A DNA stretch of 64,000 nt from assembly GCF_009914755.1 (NCBI RefSeq), contig NC_060944.1. One strand, given 5' to 3'. Positions 55,490 to 64,000 of the stretch are shown one piece after another. Both the position numbers and the translations under genes were made by a program. This stretch comes from the human T2T-CHM13v2.0 reference genome, Homo sapiens. How positions within the stretch are numbered: position 1 is the first letter of the stretch; each line of letters begins with the position of its first letter. Below the pieces are notes generated by a model. It did no database searches, was not told the origin of the DNA, and saw only the letters and a list, made by a program, of their open reading frames with translations.

Positions 55490-55955
55490 TATTTATCTTT
55501 TATATTGCCAAATTGTTCAATCCTCATTCATTTTAGTAGGTTGTTCTTAGCAGTGTTCTGGATTTTCTAAGTATGCAAGCATACAGTCTTCAAATGAAGT
55601 TAATTTTGCCCTTTCATCTTTAATGTTAGTCTTTTTTCTTTTTAGTCTTTTTCTTTGAGTTCTATAATATTCATCTTGAGTGATTTGTCTTACAACAGAA
55701 AATGCTTCCCAATGTTGTGACAGCAGTATTGATATATAATACAATCCTTTTCTGTTACAGAATATTTAATGTAATTTATGATATGAAAAATGTAAAGGAG
55801 AAAAAAGTTATTATAGCAAATAACATTTAGCAAATGCTAAAAAGGCATTTTACAAAATTCCACATTCAATCTTTATGAAAGTTCTAATCATAATTGAAAT
55901 AGGGAGGTATAAAAAATGAAAGGAAACATTTTTCCCCAAAACTACTAACAAATAC
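55490..55955. mobile_element. Two divergently oriented old L1M ORF2 remnants
   Basis: Minus peptide AKLTSFEDCMLAYLENP resembles [17 protein letters not shown]; plus caaatgctaaaaaggcattttacaaaattc resembles the DAEKAFDKI coding DNA. Confidence 0.7.
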
Positions 55956-55998
55956 CTATTTTGTACATCACTACAAAAATATATTCAAGTAGTTATCG

Positions 55999-57013
55999 AA
56001 AGCAAAATAGACAAATGGGATCTAATTAAACTAAAGAGCTTCTGCATGGCAAAAGAAACTATCATCAGAGTGAACAGGCAACCTACAGAATGGGAGAAAA
56101 TTTTTGCAATCTATCCATCTATCCATCTGACAAAGGGCTAATATCCAGAGTCTACAAGGAACTTAAATAAATTTACAAGAAAAAAATCAAACAACCCCAT
56201 CAACAAGTGGGCAAAAGATATGAACAGACACTTCTCAAAAGAAGACATTCATGCAGACAACAGACACATGAAAAAATGCTCATCATCACTGGTCATCAGA
56301 GAAATGCAAATCAAAACCACAATGAGATACCATCTCACACCAGTTAGAATGGTGATCATTAAAAAGTCAGGAAACAACAGGTGCTGGAGAGGATGTGGAG
56401 AAATAGGAACACTTTTGCACTGTTAGTAGGAGTGTAAACTAGTGTGGTGAATCCTCAAGGATCTAGGACTAGAAATACCATTTGACCCAGCGATCTCATT
56501 ACTGGGTATATACCCAAAGGATTATAAATCATGCTACTATAAAGACACATGCACATGTATGTTTATTGCAGCACTATTCACAATAGCAAAGACTTGGAAC
56601 CAACCCAAATGTCCATCAATGATAGACTGGATTAAGAAAATGTGGCACATATACGCCATGGAATACTGTGCAGCCAAAAAAAAGATGAGTTCATGTCCTT
56701 TGTAGGGACATGGATGAAGCTGGAAACCATCATTCTCAGCAAACTATTCGCAAGGACAGAAAACCAAACACCGCATGTTCTCACTTATAGGTGGGAGTTG
56801 AACAATGAGAACGCTGGGACACAGGGCAGGGAACATCACACACCGGGGCCTGTTGTGGGGGTGAGGGGATGGGGGAGGGATAGCATTAGGAGAAATACCT
56901 AATGTAAATAATGAGTTAATGGGTGCAGCAAACCAACATGGCCCGTGTATACATATGTAACAAACCTGCACGTTGTGCACATGTACCCTACAACTGAAAG
57001 TATAAAAAAAAAA
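55999..57013 (+). mobile_element. L1PA5/6-like 5'-truncated element
   Basis: [10 protein letters not shown]...[14 protein letters not shown] peptide; 3' UTR and A-tail; small internal deletion and 8-bp duplication. Confidence 0.93.
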
Positions 57014-57119
57014 CAACTGTGTATGGTGACATAATATCTAGGTACCATAATTTATTTAATTCATGAGTTATTATGTTAAGTTGAATATCCTTGTGAACTC
57101 TCATTACTTTTTTTTTTAC

Positions 57120-58900
57120 ATTTATTTTTTTTGGCACCATGTCTACGAACTCTTTGCTTAACTCCAAGTCATGAATATTTTATTCTAACAGTTTCATGTT
57201 TTTACATGTACATTTTTAATTCTGATCCATTTTGAGTTATTTTTTTAAAAAGGTGTGTGCTTAGGTGGATTGTTTTGCATATGAATGCCAAATTGTCATT
57301 TTTTGAAAAGACTACTCTTCATCCAATAAATTTATCTTGTACCTTCCTTAAAAATCAGTTGGTCTTGAAAGGCCAAGGTGGGCGGATTACGAGGTCAGGA
57401 GATCAAGACCATCTTGGCTAACACTGTGAAACCCCTTCTCTACTAAAAACACAAAAAATTAGCCGGGCGTGGTGGCATATGCCTGTAGTCTCAGTTACTC
57501 AGGAGGCTGAGGCCAGGAGAATTGCTTGAACCCAGGAGGCGGAGGTTGTGGTGAGCCAAGATTGCGCCACTGCACTCCAGCCTGGGCGACAGGGCGAGAC
57601 GCTGTCTCAAACAAACAAACAAACAAACAAGCAAACAAAATCAGTTGATCTTATTTGTGTGGATCTATTTTTGGGCTCTCGTTTTGGTCTATTGTCTTAA
57701 TTACTATAGCTTTATTAAGCGTAAGTGTTAAAACCAAATAGTGTGATTTCTCTAACTTTACGCTTCTTTTAAAAAGTCATCTTGGCTATTCTAATTCCTT
57801 TGCCATTCTAGTACATATGTTTTAGAATCAGCTTGACAATATCAATGAAAAATTCTGTTGGAATTATGATTTACATTTCCTAAATTTCATAAGACATCAA
57901 CTTATCAAAAAAATGTATTCTTCTGGGAATTGAGCCATCTACACTTGTGGAATAAACTCTCCCTAGTCATAGTATATCATCCTTTTAATACAGTGATGGA
58001 TTCAATTTGCCAGTGCTTCATTTATACTTTGTATCTATAGTCATAAATAAAGTTGGCCTAGAGTAGTGGGTTTTATTTCATTTGTTTGTTCTTTGCTTCT
58101 CTTTTTTTAAAAAATAAATCCTATATAAAGTTTTTCCAGTATGGTTACACAACCTTCATTGAACAGATTTGAAAAGTTGTTCATCTTTTTCTATGGTCTG
58201 AAATGGTTTAATATAGGAATTATCTATGTTTTTCTATAGACTTTCTGAGTCTCTGCATGTCTAAAAATATCTTTGCTATGACAGATGATTGATATTATGG
58301 CTGGATATATAGGATTCTTAGAATACTGTCCCCATTCAATCATTTTTAAATGTTTTTCCAGTCTTACCTCTAGTGTTGCACACAAGTTGTCTGATGGTAG
58401 CCCATTCTTTTTCCGTTGTAAGTAATCTATCATTTCTTTCTATAAGTATGTAATATTTTCTTTTCCATAATTGGAATACAAAAATTTTATCAGGACATGT
58501 TACTGGAGGTCTAGGTTTTTTAAAAATTATAATTAACTTTACTTGGGACTCAATTGTTTTTTGTAACCTGAAAACTCAAACCTTTTTTTTCTAAGACATA
58601 TTTTCTCTCTTGATTACCCTATTTATTACTTCTCCATCTGTTCTCTTTTCCCTTTCTAGTGAACTTTTATTAGTCACATTCAGATATCCTGGATCTGTCC
58701 TCCAAGTTTCTTTTCTTAATTCTTCATGAATTCCACATCATTTATAAAATACTTCTTCCAGTTGAGCTTCCAAAACAGTCATATGGTCCTCAGCAAAGAA
58801 TGGTGTCTTCTCAGCTTATTGAACTTGTAATTTCAAAAATAAGTATTCTGGTTCTAGAAAATCTTTTGTTCTGTGTTAAATTTAATGCCCTTCGGGAGTT
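57120..58900 (-). mobile_element. Old L1M fragments
   Basis: tgatccattttgagtta...aaaatcagttg...ttatttgtgtggatctattt...tttagaatcagcttg. Confidence 0.75.
57367..57636 (+). mobile_element. 5'-truncated AluSc/Y-like
   Basis: Lacks the first ~40 nt; (AAAC)n tail; 16-bp TSD aaaatcagttggtctt / aaaatcagttgatctt. Confidence 0.93.
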
Positions 58901-59028
58901 CTCATTTATTTTTGTTGTTGTTGTTTTTAAGTTCATCTGTCTTTTCCATTAGCTTTATTTAAACAATTGTCATCTGCTCTTCTTTTAAACTTAGTATTCT
59001 CCCTCGGGTTGCTGGAATTCCTTAATCT

Positions 59029-59205
59029 GGCAGTTCTCAACACTGGCCACACATGAGAATCCCTCTAGGGGGGTTACAAAAGTCCCAATACTCAGGAAAC
59101 GGTGAAACCAATTAATAAAGACTTTCTGATGGTGGAACAAAGGCATCAGTAGCTTTTAAAACTCCCCAGGTGATTCCAGTGAATCAGCTAAGAATAAGCA
59201 TTACT
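59029..59205. mobile_element. MER5-type MITE
   Basis: cagttctcaacactggccacacatgagaatc...ggcatcagtagcttttaaaactccccaggtgattcca. Confidence 0.8.
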
Positions 59206-59769
59206 TTCTTAAATGGGCCTCATTTTATTTATCTTCTCAGGGGTGTATATTCCTTTAGAATTTTTACAGGTTATAGCTTTAGTATCACAACTGGCAGATG
59301 GTGTAAGGGACAAACATTTTTGCTCTCATTAGGTTGTGGGGTAAAACTCAGAAAACTGGGTTCACTTTGCTGGAGTATGGGAGGAGCCTCTCTGTCATTA
59401 GGTCTTTTTTGGGGCAAGTGACAGCAACTCCCTCATCTACAGAAACTGGTGCCAATGCACTTCAGTATTCAGCAGCTTTCCAGGTTCACAAAAGTCTGTG
59501 GACTAGGGAAGCCTTCTAAGGACCACATGCAAAACAGGGAGCAGGGGCAGGCAAGAGCTTTCTCTTCGAAGGTGATTGTTGGTTGTGACTTGCTAGTTCC
59601 AGATGGAGGTAAACAGCTATGCATGTAAACACCCGTATTTCCAGAATCCCCTCTATGATTTCCCCTGATAATTAAAACTTTATTACCATTTAGATTTGTA
59701 TGATCACATGATCAGTGTGAATGTAAAATGTACACAGCCTCCAACTGGGTGCATCAAGAATCTCATGTA

Positions 59770-60114
59770 ATCCACACAACAACATGGATGAATTTCAAAT
59801 GCATCATGATAAGTGAAAGAAGCCAGATGCATGAGGCTGAACACCCTGTGATTCATGTATATGCCATTCTGGAAAAGACAAACCAGAGGGATAGAACACA
59901 GATCGGTGGTGACCAGGGGCAAAGAGTCAGGGGAGGGAATTGGCTACAGAGGAGCACTGGAGGAAATTGGGTGTGATCGAATTCTTCTATATCTTGATTC
60001 TGGTGGTGGTTACATCATTATATGCGTCTGCCAAAACTCACAGAACTGAGCATTAAAAATGGTGTGTTGTATTACATTTAAATTATACCTCAATAAACCC
60101 TTTTGGAAAAAAAA
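59770..60114 (+). mobile_element. L1ME/MD-like 3' end
   Basis: caacaacatggatgaatttcaaa...aagtgaaagaagccaga...tatatcttgattctggtggtggttacat...aattatacctcaataaa. Confidence 0.85.
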
Positions 60115-60169
60115 TCATGTGTCATCTCCATTATACTGAACTCTCTGCAGATCCCCCCAAATCTCTCTT

Positions 60170-60460
60170 AGGCTTGTCAGCCTTTGTCTACTCTATTTTC
60201 TCTGCCAAGACATTTTCATTTAATCGTTAAGACTTGGATTAGATGCTACGTCCTCTGGGAAACCTTCCATTTTTCTGCATGACTCTTCTTGGTGTTTCTT
60301 TGCTATCCCAGCCCCGTTTGTGTGGTGTTGAGGTGCGTGTCTGTGTTTGTATTCTCTGCTAGACTGTAGGATCAGTAAAAGTAGGGATTTCATCCTGTTT
60401 ATCATCATTGTATTCCTATCATCTACCTTAGTCTTGCTAAGTATCTGGTAATCTATAACT
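60170..60460 (+). mobile_element. L2 3' fragment
   Basis: tcctctgggaaaccttcc...ctagactgtagg...gtagggatttcatcctgtttatc. Confidence 0.65.
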
Positions 60461-61576
60461 TGCAAGGATAAAGTGGCTACTCTCCAGCATATTCACCAGG
60501 ACTTTCTGTTTTCGGAAACCTCCCTGGAAGCTCCAAAAAATTAAGAAATATCACAGAAATTACTTGCAAAATCCTTGCACTAGAGCAGACATGCTTGACT
60601 ATGGAGCCACTGAGCTTATAAACCTGAGAGGTGGATACCTAGAGGAAGATATTTTGAGAAGATGGAAGTGAGTTCCCTGAAAATCCATGGTCCATAACAC
60701 CTTATCCATTTTTATAGCCACAATCGACAAGAATGCTCATCCTATTTGCTTTCCTTGCTTGACAATATAATTTCAGAGACTGGTGAAAGATGTTTTCAGC
60801 ACTAGAATCAATACTTCGGATTACAGCTGCTTTTGTGCTCGTCTCTCCCCAGTGAAAACATTGCTGGGGAAATGGGAAGATATATGGAAGCTCCATATCT
60901 CCTGATATTTTAGCTCTCAAGAATCTGTCTGTTCTAATCAATTGCTGCATTTATTTTGAAGAATTTTGAAGGCAGGGGTACAGGGTAAGAGGAGAGAAAT
61001 GATAACTTTGAGGCACTTGTTCTAAAGCTGTTGTATCTGAACAAATAAGGAGCCATACGCCCACCTCTGATTCAGAATTGCATTTCTTTTCCTACAGATC
61101 CCAAGCCAAGGGCATCTTGTAAAAGCTCTTAGTGTAGTTGGGAAATGCCTCCATATTTCTCTTAATCTATACTTTCAAGGAATTCTCATTCAAGATGGAG
61201 GATAGACCACCTGCATTGGGAGAACGGGCCATCACCTCCCTTGATAGCCAAATCCCACAGAAATGTCCATCTCAGGCCACACCCTCAGGTGAGCCAGAAA
61301 TGTCACTTTTTCTGCTTGTCCTTAACAGAATTGATTTCTCTTTGCATTTGTCTGAGTGGTGGAGACTTTCTCTCTTTCAGTTCAGGGTTTCTCCTCCTGT
61401 AACATCCCAGTTGCATTAAGTTCTGGGAAACTTCAGAGAGCCAAAGTGTTCAGGGATTGGGGGTGAGGGGTGCCCATCTTTTTCTCAGTTTCAGTTTTCC
61501 ATGATAGACCTCATTCCATCTGGCCCTCAGTCATTGATTCATGCTAGCAGTTTCCTCATAGATATCCAGTTCCATT

Positions 61577-61878
61577 ATTTGTTTATTTATTTTTGAGACA
61601 GGGTCTTGCTCTGTCACTCAGGCTGCAGTGCAGTGGCATCGTCATAACTCGCTGCAGCCTTGAACTCCTGGGCTCAAGCAATCCTTCCTCCTCAGCCTCT
61701 TAAGTAGCTAAGACCACAGGTGGGCAACACCATGCCTGGCTAATTTTTTAAATTTTTTTGTAGAGACGAGGTCTCACTATGTTGCCCAGGCTGGTCTCTA
61801 ACTCTTGGGCTCAAGCGATCCTCCTGCCTTGGCCTTCCAAAGTGCTGGGATTACAGACATGAGCCACCACTCCCAGCC
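61577..61878 (-). mobile_element. AluJ (Jo/Jr-like)
   Basis: J diagnostics; TSD ttccattatt on both sides. Confidence 0.93.
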
Positions 61879-62227
61879 TAATTCCATTATTATATCCTTC
61901 TTCAACCAAACTGCTGGGCCTCTCTCTCTGTCACACAGAACATTTTTGTTCTTTCCCTCATTATGCAAGGGATCTCTTAGCCTGTTTTGGCCCATCTACT
62001 TAGAGACCACTCATGGCTGCCTTAGGCCCTAGAGGCATGTGGCAATTATGTTTGGCTCCTGGGGCAATCAGGAAGTGAGGTGTCAGGTTCTTGGTTCCCT
62101 GGAGTTCCAGTTACTACCCCAAGTTTCTACTTTATTGGAGCTGGAGATGGGTGGGCTTGGGGTACAAGTCCCTTTCTCAGGGCAGCCGTGAGAGTCTAGG
62201 TTACTAGACGCCACACAAACATATAGA

Positions 62228-62296
62228 TTAGGTTGAACCATATAAAATTGTCAATTTTTTTTTGTTAAGTCTGGTTCAATAGTAGCAATTTTATAC
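62228..62296. mobile_element. MADE2-like mariner MITE remnant
   Basis: ttaggttgaaccatataaaattg left TIR; partial right TIR gcaattttata. Confidence 0.65.
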
Positions 62297-62362
62297 ATTG
62301 TGAGCTATACATACCAAATTATGATACACATTCCTCAATCTGTTCCTCAACTTTGCAAAGGG

Positions 62363-62687
62363 TTTTGTTTTGTTTTGCTTTGTTTTTTTGTTTTTTTTTT
62401 GAGATAGGGTCTTGCTCTGTCACCCAGGCTAGAGTAATGCAGTGGCTCCATCATAGCTCACTGCAGCCTCATCTTCCCAGGCTCAAGTGATCCTTTCACC
62501 TCTCAGCTTCCTGAGTAGCTGAGACCACAGACATGCGCTACCACTCCTGGCTAATTTTTGTATTTTTTTGCAGAGACGGAGTTTTGACATGTCGCCCAGC
62601 CTGGTCTTGAACTCCTGAGCTTAAGCGATCTGCCAGCCTCGGCCTCCCAAAGTGCTGGGATCACAGGTGTGAACAACCATGCCCAAC
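62363..62687 (-). mobile_element. AluJ (Jb-like)
   Basis: TSD tgcaaagggttttgtt / tgcaaaggtttttgtt. Confidence 0.93.
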
Positions 62688-62699
62688 TGCAAAGGTTTT

Positions 62700-64000
62700 T
62701 GTTAGAATTTTTCCAGCAGATTTTATTCTTCCTTGGTAACCTTTACTTGTTTTTGCAAACTAATCAGAAACTTTTGTGCTTGCCTATTTTGAACAAAGTG
62801 TTTTAAAACCCCCGACACTCTTCATTTGGAAGATGGTCTAACACGCTAGAAAAGGTCCCAAATTTTTAAAGTGTGAAAATAGCAGCATTTTTATAGGTAA
62901 AACACATGATTTTGGGGAAAAAAAAATTCATGTCACATACCCAAACATCTCTTTAAAAAATGTTCTCTTTATAATAGACATTTCTTTGAAAAACAGTGTC
63001 TTTTCCCTCTTTGTTTCAATGTCATATTTACCTTGAGTGGACAGTGAGGCACTTCTTTTAAAAAGAAAATATTTGTTAGATAGCAAAGCAATGACAGCCA
63101 CTTGTCATCACAGAGGAGATCAGCAAATTTGAAACATTTGTCTTTTTGTAAAAGAAAAGTGTATAACACGTCTTTAAGTCTGACAAATCTTTTAAGTACT
63201 TTGCTGTGAGATAACGTACAAATATTCATAGGTCACAAAAAAATTTTAAGTCCCCTTCTATTATGAAGTGTTATAAAAATTCTACTTGATCTTAAAGGTC
63301 CTAATTTTATAAGTTTTCCAACATCATTGACATCCTGTAATCCTTGGTACTTCTGACTGTAACATATTAGCCACAAGAGTGGGCCCAGCATGAGGCAATG
63401 TGTGACATGTGGCATGTGTCATACCATCCTAGCAGCCCTACCCCAAAATTCCTTTTTAATCTTTTAAGAACTTGCATTTATTTAAGGAAATCAGTTGTTA
63501 AGATTATATCTTTCTTTGCACGTCTTTACTATACTGATCTCCTAAAATACTTCTTTGTGGATTATCGGAACCAATCTGGCAAATTCCATAAGCTAAAACT
63601 TGTTAGAAACATCTGTACTTGATCCGTTTACAGTCTTCTGCACTGAATGCTTGCTCAAATGCTTATTTCCTCAGTGGCGTTTTCTGTGAGTATTCCAACA
63701 GTGTTTGCTGATGAAGGGATGTGTTTTCATTTGTTGCCATACTGTTTTCCATGGATTCTTTTAGTCATCTTTTATTGTTGAAGAAAGACAAGTGTTTTTT
63801 CAAAGGTAAGGTAGCTTTCTGTCCACCAATAAATAATTTTTTTGAAATTTTGTAAGGTAGTAAAGTAGTTTCAGTTAAACATCACTGAAAAAAGTCAAGG
63901 TTTGCCTTCTTGTTTTTGATGCTTTTCAAAAAATTGTCTTGCTGAACGTGATGGTTTTATCCAGCCATTCTGAACTGAATTATGACCTACAGAAAGTGAT
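62700..64000 (-). mobile_element. hAT-Charlie (Charlie2-like) transposase fossil, runs off the window
   Basis: Minus peptides LSHSKVLKRFVRLKD...FADLLCDDKWLSLLCYLTNIF, HVTHC, and a frameshifted D-STDVS resemble Buster/Charlie transposases (WLSRGKVL, CxxH, DESTD). Confidence 0.82.

Overview
Primate (catarrhine/hominoid, human-like) non-coding genomic DNA; I cannot name the locus. I find no credible host protein-coding exon, RNA gene, CRISPR array or CpG island. Bases 1-46.5 kb are a GC-richer mosaic of unique sequence and old repeats (MIR, L2, MLT1, LTR16/33-type, MER5/MER3/MER33/MER112), three ERV1 solo LTRs (MER31, LTR8-family, MER50), a THE1B and several Alus. Bases 46.7-59 kb are an AT-rich, L1-dense block: three 3' L1PA fragments including a 2.9 kb L1PA4-like ORF2 pseudogene, old L1M remnants and a full-length MER6. 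The window ends inside a hAT-Charlie transposase fossil. Repeat names come from recall of consensus sequences, so subfamily calls and old-repeat boundaries are approximate. The best leads are a chain of candidate minus-strand exons (including a 34-nt microexon in a repeat-poor, motif-rich block), a 166-bp local doublet of unique sequence, a hairpin-unit AT minisatellite and several nested or atypical insertions. I do not see good evidence for a new biological system.
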